From positions 17,874 to 81,873 of the forward strand of contig JAWBKB010000006.1 of assembly GCA_038831915.1 (NCBI GenBank): a stretch of DNA of 64,000 nt, in the 5' to 3' direction. Positions 18,330 through 27,646 of the stretch are shown here, piece by piece; position 1 is the stretch's first letter; the number at the start of each line of letters is the position of its first letter. Source of the stretch: Candidatus Caldarchaeum sp. (GTDB taxonomy: Archaea > Thermoproteota > Nitrososphaeria_A > Caldarchaeales > Caldarchaeaceae). The translations under genes and the position numbers were made by a program. Below the pieces are notes generated by a model, which searched no databases, had not been told where the DNA came from, and saw nothing but the letters and a program-made list of their open reading frames with translations.

Positions 18330-19866
18330 CTTCTGACAAAACGGTCGTTGCTCTGTCTAGCAGTTTTCTCACCTGTCTGCTGTAATCATGATAAAGCTTC
18401 GCGTAGACAGTTTTGGGAATTCTGTTTGAGCTGAAGTCCTCTACTAGACGGTTGAAGGCGTGGAGCGTAATTGAAAGCTCTTCGAACACATGTTCAAGGG
18501 ATGAAAACGCTTTAACAGCTTCTGGAGACTTCAATTCTTTCCGCAAATCACCGGCTGATGTCCTAATCGGTTTGATGAATTCCTCGACGTTTTTGACGAT
18601 TTTCCTCGGCTTTTCATCCGGGCCATATTTCTCGATTTCCGCAAGCAATTCTTCCGCAACCTGTTCCAGGGATTTTTGGAAATCTTTTAGCGCGGGAATT
18701 GTGACGGCTTTACGGGGAGCCGCGACCCTGACTCCAAGAAATATTCCAAGCAAAGCTATTCCTGCTAATAGTATAAGAGGAACTGGGAACGCAACAGTCT
18801 CCGCATAACTGATTGTAACTTTCTCTCTGTCGGATGGAAAAACGTCTCTAAAGAGGTAAGTGATTTCCCGACGGTTTCTTTCGACAACTCGAAGCTGCCA
18901 CGGTTCACCGCTATATGAAAACTGCGAAACAGGAGGAGTAATCACCGAAAAGTAGTAACTCGATACCGATGCGTTTAAGAGATTTGGCGCAGTAACTTCA
19001 ACACCAGCTCCTGTTCTCATGATGACTTCATCTGATGAGTAAACTATTTGCAGTAAGACTTTGTCGTTTTTTCTAAGGTTTTGGATAAAATTGACTGTGA
19101 GCACTCCTTTTTCAGCATTCCACGAATTTCCAAGGTTAACTATACCTGATCGAACGCTCAACACTGAGGCTGTCTTACCGAGCTTAAAGTCTAGAGACGA
19201 AATGACGGCGTCACCTAGATTCTGCAGCAACAATTCAGCCGTAACTCTCTTCGTTTCAATGTCGACGGCAATTTTTTGTTCTTCGACTGTATATAGTAAT
19301 AGGTCAGGTGCCTCGAAAAACACCGCCAGCGTTTTGAATTGCAGAGGCGGAACATCTGTGACTGTGCCTGAGGCGAAAGATTTGTCTGGTGAGATTGTCA
19401 TATTGACACCGGAAACACTCGTTATCGAGGGGGTTCCGTCAATGGTAAGCCTAACATGTAGAACGTTGATTCCCGTTTCGGAGATAGGGTTCGCGGGGAC
19501 CGCCAAGAGGAAAAGCCCCCGAGTTCCGGGAGCCAGCAAGTTTCGCCAAACCGTAACTATCGATACTTTTGAATCTGTCCAACGGTCGCGGGGAGATATT
19601 TCAAGCCAAACAATGTCCTCGGTAGACCTTTGACGGATGATTCCCACTTCGTCAGCGATGTAGTAGCCGGCTAGATATTTTGCGAATTCAGCTGTGATGC
19701 CAAGCCGTAAAACTTCTCTTTCAGAAGTGACGGCTAGAGTATCAGTTATAAAGACAAGTCCTCCGTCGGCCACGTGGATTCTTCGTGAAGGCAGTTCGTC
19801 GCCGGCGACAACTCCGACCGAAGCAACCGCAACCAAAACCAGCAGCAGGTAAACTGTTTTTTTCAC
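18319..19866 (-). CDS. type I membrane protein, ribophorin I (OST1/RPN1)-like architecture
   Basis: Signal peptide, about 340-aa beta-rich exodomain, one TM (PVPLILLAGIALLGIFLGV), about 130-aa helical cytoplasmic tail. Confidence 0.5.
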   Translation of the reverse strand: MKKTVYLLLVLVAVASVGVVAGDELPSRRIHVADGGLVFITDTLAVTSEREVLRLGITAEFAKYLAGYYIADEVGIIRQRSTEDIVWLEISPRDRWTDSKVSIVTVWRNLLAPGTRGLFLLAVPANPISETGINVLHVRLTIDGTPSITSVSGVNMTISPDKSFASGTVTDVPPLQFKTLAVFFEAPDLLLYTVEEQKIAVDIETKRVTAELLLQNLGDAVISSLDFKLGKTASVLSVRSGIVNLGNSWNAEKGVLTVNFIQNLRKNDKVLLQIVYSSDEVIMRTGAGVEVTAPNLLNASVSSYYFSVITPPVSQFSYSGEPWQLRVVERNRREITYLFRDVFPSDREKVTISYAETVAFPVPLILLAGIALLGIFLGVRVAAPRKAVTIPALKDFQKSLEQVAEELLAEIEKYGPDEKPRKIVKNVEEFIKPIRTSAGDLRKELKSPEAVKAFSSLEHVFEELSITLHAFNRLVEDFSSNRIPKTVYAKLYHDYSRQVRKLLDRATTVLSEASQ

Positions 19867-19946
19867 GACCGCTTCCTCCGATTAGAGAAACATCCATTAT
19901 TAAAATCCAACCTCAGCCGAAGGACCATACTGGATTTGGTTGCGGT

Positions 19947-19992
19947 TGGGACTTGAACCCTATCGGGCCCGGTGGGACTTGAACCCTATCGG
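19947..19992. repeat. 20-bp direct repeat TGGGACTTGAACCCTATCGG (19947-19966 and 19973-19992)
   Basis: Exact copies read from the sequence. They duplicate the intron-2 end and T-arm of tRNA-Arg just beyond its 3' end. Confidence 0.95.
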
Positions 19993-20085
19993 CACGAGGC
20001 GTTGGCCACCGTGCTCACGACCTACGGCTTAGGAGGCCGCCGTTGTAGGGATTTCTCCTCTCTATCCATGCTGAGCTACGGGCCC
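19964..20085 (-). tRNA. tRNA-Arg(CCT) with two BHB introns (24/25: 20043-20059, 17 nt; 51/52: 19986-20015, 30 nt)
   Basis: Spliced sequence GGGCCCGTAGCTCAGCATGGATAGAG|CGGCGGCCTCCTAAGCCGTAGGTCGTG|GGTTCAAGTCCCACCGGGCCCG folds as a cloverleaf. Both junctions form bulge-helix-bulge motifs. Confidence 0.9.
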
Positions 20086-20230
20086 GCATTCAACAATTCG
20101 TCAGCCATATATAACCATACTAACGCGCACTGAAGTTCCAAGAATGCAGCGTAGCAAATTGTCTAGACATCTTCGTCTAAGCCCTTTCCACGGCCATTTT
20201 CTATGTTGAAACACTACGCTGCTCATGTGT

Positions 20231-20250
20231 GACAATAGAATTCTATGGTC
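20231..20250. promoter_or_regulatory. near-perfect 20-bp palindrome upstream of grpE, candidate operator
   Basis: GACAATAGAATTCTATGGTC with perfect 12-bp core ATAGAATTCTAT, about 60 nt upstream of the grpE ATG. Confidence 0.4.
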
Positions 20251-20309
20251 GTGGGTGTCTTCTTTGCACCAAAAACCCAAATAATTGATTTTGCTCTGTT
20301 TCCTTAGCA

Positions 20310-20795
20310 ATGTCCACCGATGATGTAGGAAACGTTTCGCAAAACACTTTAGACGAGAAGAAAGAGTTGATGGACAGACTTTCTTACGCCATGGCTGAGC
20401 TCGCGAACATGCGTAGAGTTTTCGACATAGAAATAACACGTGCGAAGTCGGCTGCAGTTGAAAACGTTGTCAGGAAATTCATCACTTTCTACGAAGATTT
20501 TGAGAGAGTTGTTAAAAACATGGAAAACGAAGACGTTTCTCCTACGTTGAAAGAGGCTTTGAAAATGCTTCTCAAAGAGTTGGAAAACCTGCTGGCCTCG
20601 GAAGGCGTGGAAAGGATGGACGTCGTTGGGAAGGAGTTTAACCCGTTCGACCATGAAGCGGTCGAATTTTATGAATCTGACGAAGTGAAATCCGAAACTA
20701 TAGTTGAAATTGTTTCACACGGCTACCGATATCGTGACAAGGTGCTCAAACCGCCCAGAGTAAAAGTGGCAAGGCCGAAAAAGCCAGTGATATGA
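20310..20795 (+). CDS. grpE: nucleotide exchange factor GrpE
   Basis: AELANMRR, VGKEFNPFDHEAV, GYRYRDKVLKPPRVKVA. Confidence 0.92.
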   Translation: MSTDDVGNVSQNTLDEKKELMDRLSYAMAELANMRRVFDIEITRAKSAAVENVVRKFITFYEDFERVVKNMENEDVSPTLKEALKMLLKELENLLASEGVERMDVVGKEFNPFDHEAVEFYESDEVKSETIVEIVSHGYRYRDKVLKPPRVKVARPKKPVI

Positions 20796-21725
20796 TGGAC
20801 TTAGTTTACCACTTTCACCATGGCCGCTATGTCTTTCCTTTTAGCGGGTTTGGGAGTTTTTTCGGCTACATCCTGGTTCGGGCCGCAGAACTTTTGTCAG
20901 ACAAATACGGATCAGATCGGTTCGTCATCGGATTTGTTTTTCTCTCTGTTTTGACGTACACCCCTGAATGGACCGTTGTCGCCATATCGGCTCTCCGTGG
21001 AGTCGTTGAAATTTCGGTCGGAGATATCTTCGGCTCAAACATAGTTAACATTAGCCTTGTGGCAGGCATAGCTTTCCTCTACGCGAAAAAGACCCTTGCA
21101 CTCACACCACCTCTTACCAAATCGTTAGGAGAATTGCTGTATCTTTTAGCGTTGATACCGCATGTGGTCCTGTATTTCGGTACCACTTCCAGGCTGAGGG
21201 GAGTTGTGCTGACCGTCTTCTTCGTCGGCTACGTCGCCTTGGCTCATTCGTTTTCAAAATCAGTGACATCGGTTCATCACAAGCATCACGTTCGAGCGCT
21301 GTTTCTTTCGCCCTCATTCTGGTTAGCGCGGCAAGGCTGATTTCTTCAGCTAACTTCCTCGTGTCCGCCGCAAAGGCTCTCGCGGAGCTGACTGGAGTGT
21401 CGCGTGTAGAGGTTGGCGCTAAACTCGTGGCTGTTTCGACTTCTGCGCCAGAGCTTGTGACCGTGGCTGCTTAAATGCGGCGGGGAGAAAGCGAAATGGC
21501 TTTGGGAAATGCCGTCGGCTCCAACCTGACCAACGTAACCCTCATCCTCGGCTCCTCGCCCTTTCAGGCGCGTCCATCGACCTAATCTCACACATCTTCA
21601 CAATCCTTTTCGTAATAGTTGTAAGCATGACTTTCTGGTTCTTCATCTCATACGGAAAAATCGGCTTAGTTCACGTAGCAGTTCTTCTGGCTCTTTACGC
21701 CACTTTCCTGCTGATAGGGAGGTGA
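20792..21725 (+). pseudogene. Ca2+/cation (Na+/Ca2+) antiporter, CaCA family, multiply frameshifted
   Basis: Alpha-1 repeat TYTPE..GDIFGSNIVNI. In other frames, alpha-2 repeat STSAPEL..(TAA 21472-21474)..ALGNAVGSNLTN and final TM segments ending at TGA 21723-21725. Confidence 0.85.
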
Positions 21726-21786
21726 TATAGATTTTAATTTGACCGCTTTACTTCTCAAATCAGGACATATAAAGAGGTGTTTAAAC

Positions 21787-23568
21787 ATGGCTGAGAAAAT
21801 TATAGGTATCGACCTTGGGACGAGTAATTCGGCGGCGGCCGTCGTCATAGGAGGGCGTCCGACGATTATTCCATCGATTGAAGGCGTCACTTTGTATGGA
21901 AAGGCCTTTCCGTCGTATGTTGCGGTGACGAAGGAAGGAGAGCTTTTGGTCGGTGAGCCGGCGAGACGACAAGCGGTGCTGAATCCCGAAGGAACGGTGA
22001 CCGCTTGGAAAAGGAAGATGGGCACAGACACTCGCTACAAACTACATGGAAAAGAATTCACTCCGCAACAGCTTTCCGCTTTTCTACTTCAAAAGATTAA
22101 ACGTGATGCTGAGGCCTTTCTCGGCGAACCCATTAAAAAGGCCGTCATAACCGTCCCAGCATATTTCAACGACAACCAGAGACAGGCAACCAAGGATGCA
22201 GGTGTTATCGCTGGGCTTGAAGTAGTGCGAATCATCAACGAGCCGACCGCGGCTGCTCTTTCCTACGGACTGAACAAACTCGACCAAGAGATGAAAATTC
22301 TCGTTTTCGACCTCGGCGGCGGTACGCTTGACGTAACGATAATGGAGTTTGGACAAGGTGTTTTCGAGGTGAAGGCAACTGCAGGAGACACCCAGTTGGG
22401 CGGAACAGACATGGACAAAGCTCTCGTCGATTACATCATAGAAACCTACAAGCGGGACACAGGCATCGATTTGTCGAAAGACCCTTCAGCGATGAACAGG
22501 ATACGAGAGGCAGCGGAAAGAGCGAAAATCGAGCTATCCTCGATGACTGAAACCGAAATCAACCTACCCTACATAGCGTACGACTCTTCGGGGCCGAAAA
22601 ACCTTTACATGCGGATTAACCGCGCCACACTCGAACAACTCGTCAAACCTATCATCGAAAGGTGCAGAGGCCCCATAATGCAGGCTCTTCAAGACGCTAA
22701 GCTGAGACCGGAAGATATTGACAAAATCATTTTAGTCGGGGGCCCTACCCGTATGCCTATCGTTCAGGAGTTCGTCAAAAGCGTTTTGGGTAAAGAGCCT
22801 GAAAGAGGAGTTGACCCGATGGAATGCGTCGCTATGGGGGCGGCTATTCAGGCCGCGATTCTTTCAGGTGAATTACGTGACAAGGACATAGTGTTGCTGG
22901 ACGTGGTGCCCATTTCGCTCGGCGTTGAAACTCTCGGCGGGATATTCACCAAAATCATCGATAGGAACACCACGATTCCAGTACGTCGGAGCGAAATCTT
23001 TACCACGGCCGCCGACTTTCAAACAAGCGTCGAAATTCACGTGCTTCAAGGAGAAAGACCTATGGCCGCAGACAACGTTTCACTCGGTAGGTTCACTCTT
23101 TCAGGCATACCGCCTGCTCCACGAGGTGTTCCAAAAATCGAGGTAACTTTTGACATCAACGCAGACGGAATTTTGACTGTTACCGCTAAAGACCTTGGCA
23201 CCGGCAAAGACGTTAGCGTCAAGATATCTGCTCCACATAGACTATCGAAGGAGGAGGTGGAGCGGATGATCAGGGAGGCTGAGCAGTTTGCTGAACAAGA
23301 CCGTCGAAAGAAACAGGAGGCTGAGCTGAGGAACGAAGCTGATTCGATGATTTACACTGTCGAAAAAGCCCTGAGGGAGATGGGTGACAAGATTGGAGCC
23401 GACATCAAGAAGGAAGTGGAAGCCGACATCTCGAAGTTGAAGGAGACTCTCGCCGGAAAAGACATAACGGCAATTAAGAACGCTTTAGAAAAGCTCCGTG
23501 TTTCAGCCCAGAAAATAGGTTCCGCTGTCTACGGTTCAGGAACTTCTGAAAGCGAGAAAAAGAGCTGA
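21787..23568 (+). CDS. dnaK: chaperone DnaK (Hsp70)
   Basis: [56 protein letters not shown] precedes ATG 21787. Confidence 0.98.
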   Translation: MAEKIIGIDLGTSNSAAAVVIGGRPTIIPSIEGVTLYGKAFPSYVAVTKEGELLVGEPARRQAVLNPEGTVTAWKRKMGTDTRYKLHGKEFTPQQLSAFLLQKIKRDAEAFLGEPIKKAVITVPAYFNDNQRQATKDAGVIAGLEVVRIINEPTAAALSYGLNKLDQEMKILVFDLGGGTLDVTIMEFGQGVFEVKATAGDTQLGGTDMDKALVDYIIETYKRDTGIDLSKDPSAMNRIREAAERAKIELSSMTETEINLPYIAYDSSGPKNLYMRINRATLEQLVKPIIERCRGPIMQALQDAKLRPEDIDKIILVGGPTRMPIVQEFVKSVLGKEPERGVDPMECVAMGAAIQAAILSGELRDKDIVLLDVVPISLGVETLGGIFTKIIDRNTTIPVRRSEIFTTAADFQTSVEIHVLQGERPMAADNVSLGRFTLSGIPPAPRGVPKIEVTFDINADGILTVTAKDLGTGKDVSVKISAPHRLSKEEVERMIREAEQFAEQDRRKKQEAELRNEADSMIYTVEKALREMGDKIGADIKKEVEADISKLKETLAGKDITAIKNALEKLRVSAQKIGSAVYGSGTSESEKKS

Positions 23569-23570
23569 CC

Positions 23571-24683
23571 ATGCCGTCCAGCGATAAGGACTACTACGAA
23601 ATACTCGGCGTTCCACGAAACGCGACAAAAGAAGAAATTAAACGGGCGTACCGAAAGCTCGCGCTCCAATATCATCCAGACCGAAACAAATCCCCTGACG
23701 CTGAGGAAAAATTCAAAGAAATCAGCGAAGCATACGCCGTTCTCGTCGACGACGAAAAGAGAAAGCTCTACGACATGTACGGAAAGGCAGGTGTTTCACA
23801 GACCTATTCGACGGAAGATTTGTTCCGGTCGACTTGGGTGGATTTCGACCAGCTGTTTAAAGACTTGGGCTTAGGCGATTTTGAATCAATTTTTGAAAGG
23901 TTTTTTGGGTTTGGGAGAAGGAGAAGGGGGCCCGAGCCAACAGTGGTGACGGCTGAGATTTCGCTTGAGGAGGTTTTCAAAGGCGGTGTGAAGGAAATTC
24001 CGCTTAACATGACTGAAACCTGTTCTCGATGCGGCGGCAGAGGCGGTGAACCTGGCTTTGTTGACAAATGCGATGTTTGCGGCGGCACGGGCAACAGAGT
24101 CGAAAGAGTTCAGACCGGGTTCATGTACTTCACATCAGTAACTCCATGCGGCAAATGCCGTGGAACAGGTGTAATCATCCGCAAAGCATGTTCGACATGT
24201 AGGGGAAAAGGGGTTGTTTCAAAAACTGAGAAAATCATGGTCACCATTCCGCCGGGAATGAGTAACGGTGAAACCATAGTTGTGAAGGGTAAGGGGCTTT
24301 ATGACGAAGCGGCCGGTGGCCGCGGCGACTTAGTAGTTCAAGTTAAGGTGAGGACCAGTCGGTTTTTCAGGTTTGACGGAGACCGTCTCGTGATGATTCT
24401 TCCAGTGGCTCCGAGCGAAGTGGTTGCCCAGCGCGAAGTTTTGATTCCGTTTTTCGGCGAGACTCTTCGAATCAAGCTGCGGCGTGAATTATTGGAGAAA
24501 CCCTTAGTATTGCGTGGGAAAGGAGTTCCGCTACATGATGGCCGCAGAGGCGACCTCGAAATCAGGCTACAGCTAAACATCCCTGAAAACATCAGTCGCG
24601 ACCAGCACCGAATTTATTCAGAGCTTTTGCCCTCCGAATCCGCGTTGATGGACGAGGAGCGGAAACGCCTTTTCTCTCATTAA
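23571..24683 (+). CDS. dnaJ: chaperone DnaJ
   Basis: J domain [12 protein letters not shown] and four CxxCxGxG repeats. Confidence 0.97.
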   Translation: MPSSDKDYYEILGVPRNATKEEIKRAYRKLALQYHPDRNKSPDAEEKFKEISEAYAVLVDDEKRKLYDMYGKAGVSQTYSTEDLFRSTWVDFDQLFKDLGLGDFESIFERFFGFGRRRRGPEPTVVTAEISLEEVFKGGVKEIPLNMTETCSRCGGRGGEPGFVDKCDVCGGTGNRVERVQTGFMYFTSVTPCGKCRGTGVIIRKACSTCRGKGVVSKTEKIMVTIPPGMSNGETIVVKGKGLYDEAAGGRGDLVVQVKVRTSRFFRFDGDRLVMILPVAPSEVVAQREVLIPFFGETLRIKLRRELLEKPLVLRGKGVPLHDGRRGDLEIRLQLNIPENISRDQHRIYSELLPSESALMDEERKRLFSH

Positions 24684-25044
24684 CCTTAGAAACGTACATC
24701 AGCGGGTATTTGAGCGACGAAACATATCTGACCGATGCATCGACAGAGGCGGCGCCGTAAGCCACTGTAACAGAGGCTTCGATGTTATCAGGTAGAACTG
24801 AGCCATAGCCATAAATTCCTTTTTTTCCCGGCAGTTTGCGTAGCTTGATTTTTACTGACTTCCGGAAAGGCTGAAGGCTGAAGGAATCCATGAATGCTTT
24901 CTCAAGTGATTTTTTGGTAGAAGCTGTTGCTGGTAGTCCTAACATGCTGTGGAATAGGGAGCCAAGGGCTATTCCGGCTTCGAAAATTGCACGTTCTCTA
25001 TCCGTGAAGTCTGGTGGGAAAAATTTTTTCGCTGGGTCGGTCAT
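24592..25044 (-). CDS. mptD: archaeal dihydroneopterin aldolase (MptD family)
   Basis: [34 protein letters not shown]. Start placed at ATG 25044. Confidence 0.85.
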   Translation of the reverse strand: MTDPAKKFFPPDFTDRERAIFEAGIALGSLFHSMLGLPATASTKKSLEKAFMDSFSLQPFRKSVKIKLRKLPGKKGIYGYGSVLPDNIEASVTVAYGAASVDASVRYVSSLKYPLMYVSKVNERKGVSAPRPSTRIRRAKALNKFGAGRD

Positions 25045-25113
25045 AGTATTACGAATTTTTACACGGTGAATCATGATAAAAAACGTTAAACTCTGGGTGT
25101 CGACGTTCAAGCC

Positions 25114-25518
25114 GTGAACGAAGTCGAAGAGTTTTTAGAAGCTTATTCCCAGGCTCGCAAAACACCGTCAACCGAGAACCTTCTCAAAATGGTGGAGAGG
25201 CTTCTTCCTTTCGCACCGGCTGGAATTGAATGGGGAATCGAAATATCTTCCGTCGCCGGTGTTACCTACATGATTGAAGGAGGCCGGTTCATCGCTGTAA
25301 AGGTTTCACGCGACGAATTCGGGCCTTTCATTCAGACCAGTGTCGCTCCCATCGGTCTCGAAGCCATTCCAGCGGCCGCGCTCAAAAACATCCGCGAAGT
25401 CGATTCTTTCGTGGAAAAAGTAGTCTCCCATCTCGGTGAATGGGCGAGAAAGATGCCGGCGACCCATCCACAGAGGCAGCTTGTGGAACAGCTTTTAAAA
25501 GCCCTTCGTGGAAAATGA
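25114..25518 (+). CDS. hypothetical protein
   Basis: 134-aa ORF, host-like codon usage, first of a three-gene overlapping run. Confidence 0.7.
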   Translation: MNEVEEFLEAYSQARKTPSTENLLKMVERLLPFAPAGIEWGIEISSVAGVTYMIEGGRFIAVKVSRDEFGPFIQTSVAPIGLEAIPAAALKNIREVDSFVEKVVSHLGEWARKMPATHPQRQLVEQLLKALRGK

Positions 25519-25793
25519 CCGCGATGATAGAAAAGATCACCTTAACCTTGGTCGAAGGGGACTATCCTTTCAAAGTTTTCCGTGGAAACATGGTTGTGAA
25601 AGGTTTAGAGGTGAAGTTTGAAGGAGTTGTTTACCTAAGCGTGGGCAGCCCGAACGTCCGTTCGCAAATCGACCCCGCTGACGTTGAAAAGCTTAAACAA
25701 GCAGGATTTTCCGAGAAAGATGTTGAAGAACTTGAGCTCAATCTTCAGCATAAAATCCTAAATGGGGAAGTGAGCCTTGAGCAAAAACGATGA
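25515..25793 (+). CDS. hypothetical protein
   Basis: ATGA overlap with the upstream stop supports start 25515 (MTAMIEKITL..). Confidence 0.65.
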   Translation: MTAMIEKITLTLVEGDYPFKVFRGNMVVKGLEVKFEGVVYLSVGSPNVRSQIDPADVEKLKQAGFSEKDVEELELNLQHKILNGEVSLEQKR

Positions 25794-26196
25794 AGAAATA
25801 CTTCAAGTTATTTTGAATGCGTTAGAGCTCGGCAAGCAAGGTTTCTCTGAAGAGTTCAACGAGCTACACACCACCGAATACACGAGGTTCAGCGACCTCC
25901 CGCCCTACCGGCTGCAGGACAGAGATGAAGGCCTTCAGCTAAAATTCAGCCTCTTGACGCAGCTAGTCGACTTCGAATACCGTGTTGAAAATTTCCGCGT
26001 CTTTTCGTCGGATGACATGGCGGTAGCGGTGTTCAACCTGCGATATCAAGGAATGGCGGTCAACGACTACGCGTTTGAAGGCAAATTGGTTAAAGGCGTA
26101 TCGAGATGCACGACAGTTTTGAAGAAAACAAGTCAGGGATGGCGTATTCTACATGAACATTATTCGCGTGTGCCGGAAGGCTTCTCATCTGATTAA
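25777..26196 (+). CDS. NTF2/SnoaL-like (DUF4440) protein
   Basis: C-terminal RCTTVLKKTSQGWRILHEHYS. Confidence 0.8.
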   Translation: MSKNDEEILQVILNALELGKQGFSEEFNELHTTEYTRFSDLPPYRLQDRDEGLQLKFSLLTQLVDFEYRVENFRVFSSDDMAVAVFNLRYQGMAVNDYAFEGKLVKGVSRCTTVLKKTSQGWRILHEHYSRVPEGFSSD

Positions 26197-26628
26197 GCTG
26201 ACCACTTCTGGAGGCGTTTTTGAGATATCGACGTATCCACGGACTATTTTGCTCAATTCGTATACCATGCATCCTGTCGCCGGTGGACCGTCAACACCGT
26301 AAAACAAGCCTTTTCCACGAATATAGTAAAACGTTTCTTCTTCTTCAGCACATTTATGAGTGAATGTGTCTTCGTCACGTAGCTGAAGAACTTCGAAGCA
26401 CGGCTCGCCTGAGGCGCGACACACCAACAAGACCCAGTGTCTGCCAGATTCGATCTCGGGTAGCATTCGCTCAGACGAACCGAGGACGTCGGGCCCTCTG
26501 AGACCTACTCGCATCACGCCGCACCGCCTACAACGCCAAACGTCAATCACTTTTAGAAGTTCTCTGCCGTCGTAGATGTTAACTGCTCCGTGGTAGATGT
26601 GGTCATGGCCTTCAACGCATGATTCCAT
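26185..26628 (-). CDS. Cys/His-rich hypothetical protein (possible Zn-binding)
   Basis: C..GH.H..H, WRCRRCG, further Cys residues. Confidence 0.7.
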   Translation of the reverse strand: MESCVEGHDHIYHGAVNIYDGRELLKVIDVWRCRRCGVMRVGLRGPDVLGSSERMLPEIESGRHWVLLVCRASGEPCFEVLQLRDEDTFTHKCAEEEETFYYIRGKGLFYGVDGPPATGCMVYELSKIVRGYVDISKTPPEVVSLIR

Positions 26629-26643
26629 CGTTTGAACACCGTT

Positions 26644-27300
26644 TTACTGTTCTTGCTTGAGAATAACTGTTTCGCCGCCGTAGAGCCGTTTAAAATCCTC
26701 CGCGTCTTTTTCAGAGCCGACGATAGCACCGTAATGCATAGGTATTGCGACTTTTGGTTTGATTGTTGTCGCCGCTTCGACCGCCTCCTTCGCCGTCATG
26801 ACATATGTGCCGCTGACCGGAAGCAAAGCGATGTCAACTTTGAGCTTCTTCATCTCCGGAATGAAATCAGTGTCACCGGCGTGATAAATTGAAACATTTC
26901 CAATACGGAGCACGAACCCGACACCACCATATTCTTTCGGGTGAAACACTTTACCAGGCTCGCGAAACTTATTGACGTTATAGGCCGGCACAGCATCAAC
27001 TTTTACGTTTCCAACAGAAACCGATTCACCGGGCGAAACAAGCTTCAAAACCCCTTTCCCCAACTTCTTCAACTGTGACTCGCAGTGCTTCGCCGCAACG
27101 ATAACCGTCTTATCGGTCACAATTTTCTTCAAGTCATCGATGCTGAGATGGTCAAAATGGTCGTGGCTCACGAGAACAACATCCGCTGGAGGACCTCCCT
27201 TTATCTGATAAGGGTCGATGTAAATAACCACATCACGTTTTATTCGAAAGCTGTCATGACCCAGCCAGGTAACTTCAACATCCTGAAAACGATACGTCAT
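26644..27300 (-). CDS. MBL-fold metallo-hydrolase (UPF0173/Lactamase_B_3 type)
   Basis: TWLGHDSF, VSHDHFDH, YHAGDT, AIPMHYG. Confidence 0.9.
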   Translation of the reverse strand: MTYRFQDVEVTWLGHDSFRIKRDVVIYIDPYQIKGGPPADVVLVSHDHFDHLSIDDLKKIVTDKTVIVAAKHCESQLKKLGKGVLKLVSPGESVSVGNVKVDAVPAYNVNKFREPGKVFHPKEYGGVGFVLRIGNVSIYHAGDTDFIPEMKKLKVDIALLPVSGTYVMTAKEAVEAATTIKPKVAIPMHYGAIVGSEKDAEDFKRLYGGETVILKQEQ

Positions 27301-27303
27301 ATT

Positions 27304-27618
27304 TTATTTAATCATGATTCGAGTCTTTAAAGCTTTTCCACCGAGCAGCCGTGTCAAAAGTTTTTTTCCCAAACTTTGAAGCCGCTTTTCCATCGCATCT
27401 CTTCCCATCATCAAAAGGTTATAATCGCTGAACATCGGCAGAAACCGCAGCTCAACCATGTCCTCGTAAGATCTAATTTCCAACAGCTTATCAAGCACAC
27501 AAAAACCATTATTACAACCATAAACTTTGACACTGTCGCTAACTTCCAGAAGTCTGATGTCGTTAACGTCGTCGACAACCCGTCCACATACACATTTCAC
27601 AGCGTCCAAACTAAACAA
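27304..27618 (-). CDS. small hypothetical protein with CxC..CxxxxC (possible Zn finger)
   Basis: KCVCG..GCNNGFC, co-oriented with the MBL gene. Confidence 0.65.
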   Translation of the reverse strand: MFSLDAVKCVCGRVVDDVNDIRLLEVSDSVKVYGCNNGFCVLDKLLEIRSYEDMVELRFLPMFSDYNLLMMGRDAMEKRLQSLGKKLLTRLLGGKALKTRIMIK

Positions 27619-27646
27619 TATATAACAACGCCTATATTTTACCGCC

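Noticed and set aside
19947-19992. CRISPR array
   Set aside because: Only two copies with a 6-nt gap, and the unit is tRNA sequence. No cas genes are present.
20101-20439. 112-aa minus-strand ORF
   Set aside because: It overlaps grpE antisense and the tRNA promoter region, has atypical composition and shows no motifs.
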